This document shows, in pieces, positions 39,044 to 52,378 of a stretch of 64,000 nucleotides of DNA. Made by a program: the position numbers and the translations under genes. Position 1 is the first letter of the stretch; each line of letters starts with the position of its first letter. The notes beneath the pieces are model-generated. The model was not told the DNA's origin. It saw only the letters and a program-made list of their open reading frames with translations, and did not search any database. This DNA is from Octopus sinensis. Taxonomy: Eukaryota. The stretch lies in contig NC_042998.1 of NCBI RefSeq assembly GCF_006345805.1, positions 59,706,001 to 59,770,000 on the forward strand. The letters are read 5' to 3'.

Positions 39044-39088
39044 TATATATATATATGTATATATATATGTATATATGTATTATATATG

Positions 39089-39120
<32 letters not shown>

Positions 39121-39179
39121 GTATATATATATATATTATATATATATATAATATGTATATATATATGTATATATATGTA

Positions 39180-39225
<46 letters not shown>

Positions 39226-39250
39226 TATATATATATACATATATATATAC
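38780..39250. repeat. Long interrupted (TA)n microsatellite
   Basis: Directly visible. Confidence 0.95.
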
Positions 39251-39325
39251 CGGAGTAAGCACATTAATGCGAAACAAGATGGAAAAAAGAGTACTCAAAT
39301 ACCAGAGGTAGAGTATATATGTATA

Positions 39326-39366
<41 letters not shown>

Positions 39367-40934
39367 ATATGTATGTATATGCATATATGTAGTTTTGTAT
39401 GAATGCATGAGCAAATTGTAGTCAGAGCTACAAAGAGTAAGGTTATATATACATATATATTGCCAATTATAGCCGGTGAGAATGCATCGTAGCTCTTAGC
39501 TCCGGCATTTGAAACCCCGAGTACTATTACGACAGTTTGCTGACTGTCCTAAACACTACATATATATATAATCTTCTATTTATCTAACAGCGAGGTCTCA
39601 TTCTTTTGATGTCACTTTTATCAAATATATATAAATATATATATATATATATAAATTGTATATATATATACATACATATATATATAAATTGTATATATAT
39701 ATATACGTGTGTGTGTATTTGTATCTGTGTGTGTTTGTGTGTATGCATGTATGTATTTTTGTGCCTGAATGTTTATACATGCATATTTACTTAAATGTAT
39801 GTCTGTATGTAAAGAGTTGCTTGCTGCCGGCCAAAGTAGATTCGACTGGAAACTTTGCAAGTATAAATGCAAATTTAAAAAAATGTAAAACAAACAAAAT
39901 AACATTAAGAAATATCGATGACAGTTACACAAATAAATTCATCTGTGATATGAATAAAGTAGCTGAAACTTTTCAACGCAGACAATAGAACATATGTTTG
40001 TTGATGTTTTAAAAATAAGAGATGCACTGAACTTGGCGACATCTCCTGGAAGAAAATATGGTGAGAAAATTCTCCATCCTTGAAGAAAGAACAAAAAAAG
40101 GTGATGTATTCCTTTCGCAGGAGACGAAGAAGAACTTTTGTGTCCTCTCAGTGGAGCAATTAAAAGAAGTCCTGGACAATGCTTCGATATAAACTTCAAC
40201 AACTGGGCAAAGCATATGGCGATGTCTTCATTGTTTTCGAAAACAAGGTAAGATGACAGTATTGAACAAAAAAGGGCGTGAACAAAGGTAGAAGTTATTG
40301 GAAATCATGGGAAAAGAAATAAAACTATTGTCACCAATCAAAAACCGAATAATTTACACGGAAATAAACCCACAGAACAAGATGACACAAAATTAGGATC
40401 CCTGCAAAGAAGCAGTTTCTCGTGACAAGAGAAATAAGAACTACAAGGTGTACTTACGAGTGCAATGCACTGGTCGAGGAGGAAATAGACTTGACTTTGT
40501 TGAAAGACAAACCAAAGGCCTCTTACATCATAACTTCATCATGTCCAATGCAAAAAGAAAAAAGCAATTATAGTCGCCCGTATGAAAATAATAAAAAAGG
40601 CGTCATACGACGTATAAATTGGTACTGTGATATAAATTAAGTAGTAGGTTCTAATCCGTATTTGATATACTTTTTTTTATATTTTGTGCTTTGTAAATTT
40701 TTTCAGTAAAGTCTTAATATAGTTTTGCAACATATTTTCTACATTACCACAGTTTTCGTAACAGTTTTTCTGTTAAAAGCGTATAGTAAAAAGTGCCTTG
40801 CGAAAACAAAAAAATAATTAAAAAAGGAGAAAAGAAGATGAGAGGATTAATTGAAAAAAATTATGAAATATCAAGATCTAGCGAGAGAAATAAAGGAACT
40901 GTAGATAAAGGCAAAGAAGGCAATTATTCCTGTC

Positions 40935-41279
40935 GAGCATTCCGTCGGTTACGACGACGAGGGTTTCAGTTGATCTGATCAACGGAACAGCTTGCTCCTG
41001 AAATTAACGTGCAAGAGGCCGGGTATTCCACAGACACCTGTACCCGTAACGTAGTTCTCGAGGAGATTCAGCGAGACAGAATGTGACAAGGCTGGCCCTT
41101 TGAAATACAGGTACAACAGAAACAGGAAGAAAGAATGAGAGAAAGTTGTGGTGAATGGGTTCAGTAGAGTTCACCCCCTGCTGAAGATTGTGGTGCTTTA
41201 GATGTTTTTGCTCAATAAACACTCACAACGCCCGGTCTGGTAATCGAAACCAGGGTCCTACAACCACGATTCCGCTGCC
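40935..41279 (-). mobile_element. tRNA-derived SINE family C, tail variant 1
   Basis: GGTTTCGATTACCAGACCGGGCGTTGTGAGTGTTTATTGAGC head/body shared with 54830-54960. Confidence 0.75.
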
Positions 41280-41639
41280 ATTTGGACCATTGTTTAGGGA
41301 TGATGAACGAAACAGCTATGTTTCCACAGGTGTATTAATCAAAATCCAAGGAATTCCTCTCAACACATGGCTATGATGCTCCCCACAACTCCTGGACTGG
41401 ACCAGAAATGGACATAGCCACTAAGGTTGACGTCAAAAACTGACAAGCGAATTTGCGGTATTGAGCAGAATATTTGCAGTAGCCTGTCATCATCATCGTC
41501 GTCGTCGTCGTTGTCAACATCATCATCATCATCATCATCATCACTATAGTTCTAGTCATTGTTGCCGTTGGTGTTGTTGTTGTGATTGTTATTGCCCCAA
41601 AGCTATTAAACGCTTACTGACTTAGTAGGGATTATATGT

Positions 41640-44600
41640 CCTAGTTTCAACAACAACGGCCTACTTCTGCTACTACATTGGAAGCACCTTGTTTGGCACC
41701 AGTATCTGATCCGATTCCACCCAGCCCTACTGTTGCAAGTCAAGTTTCACTGTTGCTACAGCAATAACAACAACAACAATACTCTGCTACTGCTACTATA
41801 ATAGGACCACTGACCAACGAGCCTGCCAGAATAGAAAAACCACTACTACACCCACGTCAAACACCCTGTCGTTACCATCTCAAGGCAACTGTAGATTTGG
41901 ACCCAGCGGCACCAACAACAAGGGACGCTGTGCTTTTTTCCATCCTACCTTATGTCGTATAACGGAAAAAAACTGCCCTCACCTCCACCTCAAATACTAT
42001 CCTAAATACAGAGTCCATGGTCCTGATGCCAAATATGGATGCACAAAAGGCAATGGATGCATCTTCTTCCATCCTAAACTGTGCCAAACTTCTGTGTCAC
42101 TAAGAATGTGCCTGAACCCAGAATGCAACCACCACCATCTGAAAGGCACAAAACGATCGCAAAATAAATATAAACAGCAACAGAGGAGATCTACGACAAC
42201 AACAAAAACAAAATACAACCACGTTTCCCCTCCTACAATCAAACAACGAAGACAGAACCATGAAAAAATCATAACACCAAATAACATAAACATGAACTAT
42301 GTATCCTCTGACCAAGTGGCAAACCAAAGAGGCAACTCTTTTTTACTGACTTACCTAGAAAATATGAAGGCCGACCTAAGCCAGGAGATCCAGCGAGCTA
42401 TCAGCAACCATTTATGCAAATCACAAGGACCACACACCTACTACCAACAAGAAAATCATACACACACAGCTCCATACAATGACTACCCACATTGTTACCA
42501 CTGAACAGCAGAAAACATAACTTAGAACAATGCAAACATCAAACTTCCTTTACCTCGACATTCCTGTTAAATGTACGCGGCATCAACCCATCAATTATTG
42601 CCCAAAAATGGAAGACCCCATATATACAGAGTTGGCTTGCCGAAACGGCACATTGCTTCCTTTTCTTTATCCTTACTGAGACTGAGCTGAACAACACCCA
42701 TATGGATGCCGAGGTGAAAATAAAACATTTCACCATTGCTCGTGCGGATCGCACAGACCGAAATAAGGGAGGGACAGCCATCTTTATCCATGACTCCTTT
42801 TCACTTGATGCCAAGGACATATTTTCCAATGGCTACTGTGAATCTGTATCACTATTCAGCAAGGCCAAGGACATAATCATTGTTGGTGTTTACAGGCTTT
42901 CCCAAGCACCTCTAAAGTGCTTTGAAGAGTGCCTTAGCAAAGTCAAGTCCTTCCTTCCGAAGTACAACTCCCTAAAAAGAAAAAAAAAACACTCATCAGG
43001 CGCATCAAAAGACTCAATAAAAAAATTAACCAATTGAGATATTCCCACATACAACATCCACATTCAACAACAATGAAAAGGCTAGAGCTGGAAAAACTTT
43101 ATCTGCAGACCGACATGAAAACCTCCATTGAAAATCAAAGAGCTGTGGAGGAACAGTGGGTAATCAAAAACATCAAACAGAACCCAAAAGTTTTCTATTC
43201 TTATGCAAATACGCATAGAACCACTGTCTCACCCATTGGGCCATTGATTGATGATAACGGCATTCCTCAACACGATGCTAAAGAAATGGCAGAAATACTG
43301 CAGAAACAATACTGCTCTGTCTTTAGTGTTCCCACTGATATTGGCATAAGAGAAGCGAACGAAGTTGATTCCCAACATAAAATCTCAGACATAACCTTCA
43401 CTGCCACGGACATCATAGCAGCAATAAATGAGGTCAAATACTACTCTGCTGTACGCCCTGATAGATTCCCCGCTAGTCTCCTGAAGGAATGTAGACACCA
43501 ACTTGCAGTCCTTCTGACCAACCTCTGGAGAAATTTGTTAGACGCAGGTTATATACCGAAACAGCTTCTATCCCAGTCAGTCAACAGGGAAACAAATCCC
43601 GCGCACTTAACTATAGCCCAATCCCACTCACCTCCCACATCATTAAAGTGTTTGAAAGAGTGTTAAGATCAAGGATAGCTGACTTCCTGGAGATCCACAA
43701 ACTCCTAAACGCAAATCAGCATGGCTTTCGCTGTGGAAGGGACTATCTAACACAGCTCTTACACCACATTGAAGATATATGCAAAGCCTTGGGAACAGGT
43801 TCGAACTCTGACGTCATATATATTGACTACAGTTCGACAGGGTAGACCGTAATATCTTACTCTCAAAATTGGCAAATGTTGGAATCCGTGGAAAAGTTCT
43901 ACACTGGATTAAGTATTTCCTGGCGAATAGAACACAACATGTTGTAGTTGATGGAGTCCACTCAAGCCCAGCAAAAGTCACCAGCGGTATCCCCCAGGGG
44001 ACTGTCTTGGGCCCGCTACTCTTTATAATTTACATAAACGACCTTTCCAGTGTCGTACATTACTGCAAAGTGAAAATATTTGCTGATGACACTAAGCTCC
44101 AGCAAATCGTCAATGAAGAAGCAGACCGAACTCAACTTCAATCTGATCTATATGCTGTGAGTCAATGGGCAGACAGAAACAAAATGCAACTGAATGAGGG
44201 AAAATTTGAGCTGATGCATTTTGGAAGAAATTCCTCACTAAAACAGCCATACTCTCTTCCTTCAGGGGAACCGCTCACAGCCTCTAACAATATCAGAGAT
44301 CTGGGTGTAATTGTTGATGACGATCTCAGTTGGAGTACACACGTCAAAAATAAGGTCGATATAGCTCGTAGGATGAGTTCCTGGATCTTAAGAACTTTCC
44401 GGTCCAGAGAACAAGGTGTCATCATACCACTTTTCTCCTCCTTTGTACGGCCACACCTCGAATACTGCTGCCCACTGTGGTCTCCCCATACAAGACAAAA
44501 CATCTCAAGGATTGAATCACCCCAGAGGGCACTCACTAAACGAATTGAAGGCATGGCTGCTCTCGATTATTGGGACCGCCTTAAAGCCTTGAAACTCTAC

Positions 44601-45063
44601 GCTCTCCAGCGTCGCCGAGAGCGGTACATCATTTGTACGATGTAGAGAATATACCGCCAACTTTGCCCAAACGACCTGAACATTAGCTTCAAGGTTCATC
44701 CAAGACTGGGACCACGGGCCATAAGTCCCCTGCTCAATTCAAAGATTACAGTATACATGTACACTGCAACATAATTTCTTTTCCTCAACAGGCCCTGCCC
44801 TATTTAACATTGTCCCGAAAGAGATCAAAGAGGAAAAGGATCCCATCAACTTTAAACGGAGTCTGGATAGATTCCTTCAAGGAATACCAGATACGCCACC
44901 CATAATTGGATAAAACTCACCCAACAAAAACTCACTACTTGAGTGGACCATAAACAAATCTTGACTTAAACAGGATTCAAATAATCCTATCAGGTGGTGC
45001 TATTAAGTTAGACATGACCTGGACCAATCTTTGGTCGAAACATATCCAAGTTTATCTAAGTTT
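41640..45063 (+). mobile_element. CR1/L2-group LINE, decayed (CCCH-finger ORF1 remnant, APE, RT, short repeat tail)
   Basis: LLNVRGI, ILTETEL, DRTDRNKGGTAIFI, IIVGVYR (APE); NQHGFR, IPQGTVLGPLLFIIYIND, IFADDTKL, IRDLGV, VRPHLEYC (RT); tail ATCCAAGTTT-ATCTAAGTTT; internal deletion near 42965 and frameshifts. Confidence 0.92.
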
Positions 45064-45767
45064 ATATATATATATATTATTCAAAGAAATTCCAACTCTG
45101 TTTTTATGTTTTATTTATATTCTTTATAATATTAATGTAGAATATAGAATATATAGTATAAAAAGTATATATAGTAGTATAATGAAATGAAGTATTGATT
45201 GTTTTATTGAATAGACGAAATATTGAATATCAAATATTAAGGGACTAGTATACTTTCTTGCATTAAAGGAGTGTTATACATTTATGTATATATATACCTT
45301 TATGTATCATCATTATCGTCGCTGACGTCGTCGTCAACATCATCCTCATTACTATACTTCTAGTTTCTTTGGCCGTTGGTGCTGTTGTTGATGTCGCTTT
45401 TGTTGTTGTTGCTATTGTTATTCCCCAAAAGCTATTAAACGCTGACTTAGCAGGCATTATATGCTTATACCTATTTCTACCTATCTATCCATTTATACAC
45501 ACACACACTCATATACACACACACGCACACACATATATTTAACGCATGAAATTCTCGCCTCTTAAGTCACCCTGTTGCTTTTGCTGAACATTAATGAAAA
45601 GTACGTTTATGCATAATTTATGTATTATTTTGTCTGTTTGCATCACTAACGTACCTTTATTTACGTTTATAGATAGATAGACAGCAGACAGATATACATA
45701 CACATACATATATATATATATATACACAAACACACACATATATATGTATATATATATATATTATATA

Positions 45768-45831
<64 letters not shown>

Positions 45832-45835
<4 letters not shown>

Positions 45836-46396
45836 GTTGTTACGGAAAGTTAGTGCCGATTATAGCAGCTTACATTTCGACTTATTTTAGAACATGGTTG
45901 AGCCCATGAAATAGGATTTGATTACACATCCATTAAGTGCACAGTTTAAGCTATCTTTTCGTGGAAGAAGGTTTACATTCTTGTAACCTGTGTCAGTAAT
46001 GTAACCCTTTAAATTGGAAGATAAGAAAATTCATTTGCGGTATTTGATGCATTGGGAAGCAGACAAAAATTGCTACACCTCGGCTGGGATGTGTTACCAC
46101 ACCATCCATATTCATCAGATATTGCTTCTTCGGATTTCCACTTATTCAGGTCTCTGCAGAATAGTCTTATTGACAAAAATTTCAATTCCTTGGATGACGT
46201 AAAAAGATACCTTGAGGAATTCTTTGCCATGAAACCACCTTAATTGTAGGAAGAGGGTATTTTCAAGTTAAAGGAAAGCTGGAGACGCATTGTGCAACAA
46301 AATGGTTCATATTTGGTTGATTAAAAATGTAATTCAAGTATTTATTGACCATTTACTTTCCTTTAAAAATCGGCACGAACTTTCCGGACAACCCAA
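45832..46396 (+). mobile_element. Internally deleted mariner (565 bp) with both TIRs
   Basis: TTGGGTTGTTACGGAAAGTTAGTGCCGATT / AATCGGCACGAACTTTCCGGACAACCCAA within TA; the N-terminus EDKKIHLRYLM is joined to the C-terminus LGWDVLPHHPYSSDIASSDFHLFRSLQN. Confidence 0.92.
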
Positions 46397-46416
46397 TATA
46401 TATATATATATATATC

Positions 46417-46909
46417 TAATGTAGGATAACATTTTTCGAAAAAAATTCTATGAATGGTCAGCATATTAAAAAATACCTTTAAAGGTTAAATTTATAAACA
46501 ATTTATAAGTAAGGGCAAAAGAAAAAAATCTAATGCCAAAATATGCCGAAAATAGACAACGTCAATAACCATTATAATTCGTCACAACAAAAACGTGTTT
46601 CAAAGAAAGCCGACAGAAATTTCTAAAAAAATCCCGTTATTACCATATCGGACCCGATTTCAGAGTTAGTTCATAAGAACCTTCCCTTTATCAGTGATAA
46701 ATGCGGTACAGAAATAAATGAAATACCTACTTACACCCGTGGAAGAAGCAAACACTAAGTCATGAGCACACTGATATTTTAGAAATTTCTGTCGGCTTTC
46801 CTTGAAATACGTGTTTGTTGTGACGAATTATAATGGTTATTGATGTTATGTCTATTTTCGGCATATTTTGGCATTAGAAATTTTTTTTTTTTGCCCTTAC
46901 TTATAAATT
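46417..46909 (-). mobile_element. Foldback PLE-derived element with tail and decayed HHR
   Basis: Arms 46500-46628 / 46777-46909, ~83-nt left tail; minus strand CTGATAA-AGGGAAGGTTC-TTAT-GAACTAACTCT-GAAA-TCGG-GTC at ~46650-46694. Confidence 0.75.
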
Positions 46910-46921
46910 ATATATATATAA

Positions 46922-47132
46922 TGCCATGATAGACCGTTAGCTCCTACACGCATTTCTTTTCTCTCCTTGTTTCTCTCCTTGATTGTTTTCTGTGTATCTT
47001 TCTGTCGAAGAGCGTAGGCTCGAAACGTAAAAGACTTGTTCTGTTTCTATTCCTGAGCGCCATACTAATACATTTGTTTGTTTGATCACCACTTGCCTTC
47101 GTCTTTTGTTTATTTTCGTAAACCTTCCCGTT
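46922..47132 (+). mobile_element. Short PLE-type pLTR fragment with HHR-like motif
   Basis: CTTTCTG-TCGAAGA-GCGTAGGCTC-GAAAC-GTA-AAAG followed by a T-rich tail, between TA repeats. Confidence 0.5.
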
Positions 47133-47378
47133 ATATATATTATATATATATATATATACATGCATATGTACATATGCTTGTAAGATTAGGTTCTGTAAAG
47201 CAAAGCGTAAAATAGAACTGAGTACAGGAGGATATAGATTTTGAGGTTATATATATTTGAGAGCAAGTTACAAGAAAGACCCCAGCGCCGAATATTTCGT
47301 GCCATAAACATTTGCCATGAACATTTGGCTCTCGACTTTCACTTGTAACTTTCTACACCCGCATAACACACATACACG

Positions 47379-47449
<71 letters not shown>

Positions 47450-48561
47450 CCACACACAATCACACACACGCATAAATTTGACAGTTTGCATAAAGAGAAA
47501 AGAAAACAGTATCCCATTCAAAAATAAAGAATTCTGTACCTTGGATGGTTAGGTCATTTGGAACAGTGCAATGGCGTCTAATTCGTCTCTGTGCCAAAGT
47601 TTGAAATCAACCTATTTAGGATCTTCAATACGTATGTCATAGTAAATCTCTCTTGTCTTCGCTCCAGGGATTAGAGTCGTACGTTTTTCAGTTTCTCACA
47701 GTAGCTTAGCTGTTCCATCGATATAATCTTCCTGGCGTAGCACTTGCTGAACTGTCTCAATCCCGTAATTAATTTGACGTTGGATTACCACATTTAAGTG
47801 CTGAGTGATGAGAATAAGCGTTCTCCAAAGAACCGGTATATTTACCTGCCTTTGCTTCGACTTCTGTGTGAGGTGTTTTACTTTGCACTTGATGTTAAAC
47901 ATATTGCAAACATACTTTTATGAAAGCACACTCCAGTGGCTTGATATGCCTTACCTTGTAGCTGTTTAACGTCTATTATTGCTCTTACAAATACAGAAGA
48001 GTCATTTGACCTTCGGTGTAGTGGGAAGAACGTTGCATACAATTGATCTTTCATGAGACAATATTTTTTCCATTGTATACGTTTTTCCATTGTATATGTT
48101 AGTCTTCTCTTATATCATTTTTAAAAAGGACAACAAACATTAATATGGATCAACACGACCAGGATTAATTATATACGCGTTTCGAGATAAAAGTAATTTG
48201 AATTTTACTTACCCCTCTCTTCAGTATAATATTTCCAGTTTTTATAAAATTTGAAAGTGCTTTAGCTGTATATGCACACAATCGACTGTCATAATGTAAC
48301 AGATATCCAACCAACACTTCCAAAATTTACACAGCCGAATGTGAATATACTATTTAAATGCTATACCCATGTGTACGCTACGAGCAATACCGCAGAAAAC
48401 TGCAGTATTCTATCATGAAGTAAATGATAATTTTAAATTAATAAGAGAAGGGTAAAATTTCACAATTAGATTAATTAATTAATTAATCAAAAAATAAATA
48501 ACAATTTTACCAAACAGTTCGATACGTTAAAATAACCTTTATAGGTAAAATTATAATTTAT

Positions 48562-48562
48562 C

Positions 48563-48606
<44 letters not shown>

Positions 48607-48725
48607 ATATCATTATCATCATCATCATCATCATCGTCATCATCACCACCACCACCACCACCACCACAATCACCATTGCCACCACTATCGTCGCCGTCAT
48701 CATCATCATTACCATCATCATCATT
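48562..48725. repeat. (CAT)n/(CAC)n trinucleotide microsatellite
   Basis: Directly visible. Confidence 0.95.
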
Positions 48726-48775
48726 ATTGTTCTTGTTTCTGTTGCCGTTGGTGCTATTTTTTGTTGCTGCTTGTT

Positions 48776-48849
<74 letters not shown>

Positions 48850-48879
48850 TTATATAACTCTTCTTCTACGAGGATGTTG

Positions 48880-48922
48880 ACTGTGACTTTAGTTTCAGCC
48901 AGCTAAGCTATCGTCAGACTGC
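48880..48922 (-). ncRNA. Hammerhead ribozyme motif next to (TA)n
   Basis: Minus strand gcagt-CTGACGA-tAGC-ttagctg-GCT-GAAAC-TAAA-GTC-acagt; canonical core with an imperfect stem I. Confidence 0.6.
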
Positions 48923-49409
48923 AGTATAAGAATAATAAATTTGCACTCTACAAAAGTACAGAGTAACTCAAAATTGTTTTTATTATAATGGGACATAAAA
49001 GCTAACATTAATAAACACACACACGCTCACACAGAAATATATATAGAGAGAGACAAACATATAGACACAGGTAGACACATAGTTTAAAAGATCGTGTCAT
49101 GTATATTTAAATATTCCTATATTTATGAGTGCATGCACAATGTATAATTCAAGAATAGGACTAAACAGTTAAACAGACATTCATTTTTAGCTTGGCGTAA
49201 TATAGATTTCCTAAAACCATTTATCCATTAACACCGCAAGACCTCCTCAGCTTCATCCTGAGAATAAATGAGAAGATTAATAATAATGCGTTGGTCAGGT
49301 ACTTGGTTGTAGGTTGCAAAGTATCATGGGTATATTGCAACAAGCGATAAAGTCGTCAGTATGTCATAAAACTTTACACGTTTCACACGAAACAGCAAGC
49401 TGATACTAA

Positions 49410-49540
49410 CAAAAAATTTGTTACAAGGCCATCAAGTTCTGTGGGAGTGGGATAGTTGATTAGATCGACGCCACTAATCAACTGGTACATATTTTATCGG
49501 CCTCGAAACAATGAGAGGCAAAGTCGGGCTCGGCGGAATA
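49410..49540 (-). mobile_element. SINE family A fragment
   Basis: ACTGGTACATATTTTATCGG..ATGAGAGGCAAAGTCGGGCTCGGCGGAAT. Confidence 0.7.
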
Positions 49541-49693
49541 CTGATACATACAGTATATGAAATAGCATCAGAGTGAGAAGCCATAAAGATGCAAACCACA
49601 GAACGTATTTCAAACATCCTATGTAAAAATGAATGATGTAAACTTCATTCACGACTCGAAGTGCTACATCTCTCCCTCTCTTTCTTTCTCTCT

Positions 49694-49779
<86 letters not shown>

Positions 49780-50681
49780 ATCACATTCTCGTCAACAGAC
49801 CATGTATTTACTATATATATATTGATCGCAGCTCATTAGAATACAGCAAACGAAATAAAGTTACATCCAATGAAATCTTGAATGAAAGTATGAGAATTTG
49901 GTATAGAATTCTACAAATGAGAAATGTAACAACCAAAGTGCTAGAGAAGTAAAGATAGAAAGAAAGAAAGAATTAAAGAAAGAAAGAAAGAAAGAAAGAC
50001 AGACAGACAGAAAGCAACACAGCGAAGTGGAAGGAGTATAATAAAGCGTGAAATCTATCCGAACTGAAAATTTGTGCTCGAGGATATTTACTTCATAATA
50101 ACGAGTGCAAATAAAGTTATTGTAAATAAGTAGTCGCTTACAGTTGTTCCTGGAATGCTTGAGAAAGTGTATTATGTTAATATGTGACACGATATGGATT
50201 CGATTTGATCTTTGCCTCACATTGGGATATATTTTTCAACTCAATCTTCTTTCTATCGTAGAATGGTTCTATTAACGTAGAATGGTCTCCCTATCAGCTG
50301 GACTGCAGCTCAAACACAAAGATGTATTGCAAAATTGTGAGCCTGGCACACAGTTGAGGATAGTCTCACTAAAGCATCTTAAGTAACGGCATCTCGAAAC
50401 AAATTATGGACACAGATTTTATAATTAGATGATTTAAAGAACGTTCATTTCATAGGGAAAGGACATCATTTTCACTCTACCTATTTATTCAATAAGTTGT
50501 TTCAGTTTTTGGACTGTCACTATGATGGAGTAGTTCCGTGTGACTAATGGAACAAATTGATGTCAATACTAACTTTTTAAGTCTAATACACAAAGGAAAA
50601 CACATACACATACACCTCAAACACGCACATACACACTCACACACACAAGCACACACAAGCACACACACACACACACACACA

Positions 50682-50712
<31 letters not shown>

Positions 50713-51920
50713 ACAGTATTCCATACAGTTCCTATGTGATTATGAAGCTAACTTCTTAAATCACAGAGCTATGCTTGCGTCTTTTATTAATTTCTGCATG
50801 AAACTTTTCCACCATTTTACGCAATCTTGCGCATCTCTGTTGTATTTTTTTAGTCATCCAACCAACGAGAATAATCAACAATGAATAATAGAATCTAATA
50901 ATGGGCCAACGAATCCCTTTATGTTTCGACCGTTCAATAATGACAAGACAATGATTCCACATCATGTTCCCCTTTCAGTTTTTACGATGGCTAATATTTA
51001 AATATTTACGATGTAAATATTTAAAAAGCACTTCAGGCAATACCTGCCACAAACTAAACACAAATGTGGGCAGAGTTTTTTTCCTTTTTAATTTGAAATA
51101 CTTTAGAGAAGGAGAGGAAGTACCAGTCACAGCTTTTGAGGTCCATGAAAATGTTCGGAGAAAGGAAACAATTTACCTCAGGTCGAAGATTCAGATCCAT
51201 CTTCGAAACAGAGTTAGGGGTTATATAGAAATCTTAATCAAGATAACGGTTTGAATATGTTTGAAGAATGCTGAGGGGAAATTGTATATTAAAACAGATA
51301 TTGTTATATTTACATATGTCAATTTATTTTTTGCTAACCAAACACACACACTTTATTTTCATTCTTCCTTTCAGGTTTATCATTGTTCATATTTTATACC
51401 CTTTGTTAGGGGTATAAAATACCCTTGGAGTGGTTCTTCGAATGGGTTTTCCCATGTTACCTATCAAATTTCACTCATAAGCGCTGGTCTGTTCATGCAT
51501 TTATGAGAATCCACTTGTCCAAATTAAACCACGCAGTAGTATTGAACCTCGCGCTGCATAGTCGCTATCAAACTTCTGAACACAACCCTACACAATAAAA
51601 GAACCTGTATGGTTGTTGTTCAGAAAGCATTTCTTCTGATATGTTTTGCATTTGAAGAAGTTACCAGGATTGTCACAGTCAATATACACTTGGACTAACA
51701 AAAGAACGTCTAAAAGTTTATGAACAATATATATATATTTATTATATATACATATATATAAATATATATAGATTATTCTAGATTCTTCTACTTTCAACCA
51801 CTTTGACGTCACTCCTTATAAAGAAATATTTTAAAGAGACACTCATTACCACTATGGGCTCCGTGTGAGCAATCATCTGAAAGTTTTTTGTGCATTTTGA
51901 TGTTGACATAAGTTCCTTGC

Positions 51921-52003
51921 TTTTCCTGATGAGAAAGCGGCATAATGTACTCCTTATTCCTTCGCAATTAGGAATATGCAGATTTCGAAACATATATCGA
52001 AAA
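51921..52003 (+). ncRNA. Type I hammerhead ribozyme motif in a ~290-bp pLTR-like insert (51771-52062)
   Basis: TTTTC-CTGATGA-GAAAgcgGCATA..TATGCagaTTTC-GAAAC-ATAT-ATC-GAAAA; perfect stem I, extended stem II, probable GTC>ATC change in the cleavage triplet. Confidence 0.75.
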
Positions 52004-52064
52004 TAAAGGAATTTTGTTAATTCGTCGTTCAGCTCCATTCTTTCATATATTTATATTTTCAATA

Positions 52065-52096
<32 letters not shown>

Positions 52097-52097
52097 G

Positions 52098-52378
52098 TAT
52101 TACAAGAAATGAGGTACTCAGAAATCTGGATGGTTTTATATTTACTGATATTTATTAGTATGTTACATGTTTTTATAAATCATATATCATATAATAGTAC
52201 CTTCGTCAAGCTTAGTGGAGTTGACAACTCCACTAGAGTGGACGAAAGTGCTAATATATGATATATAATTTTTAAAAACATGTAACATACTTATAAATAT
52301 CTGTAAATGTAAAACCATCCAGATTTCTGAGTAACTCATTTCTTCTAATATATAATACCTGTACATCATCTCCAAACC

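Noticed and set aside
48561-48839. Poly-Asp/Gly ORF resembling an acidic biomineralisation protein
   Set aside because: It is a (GAT)n microsatellite fused to (TA)n with no gene structure
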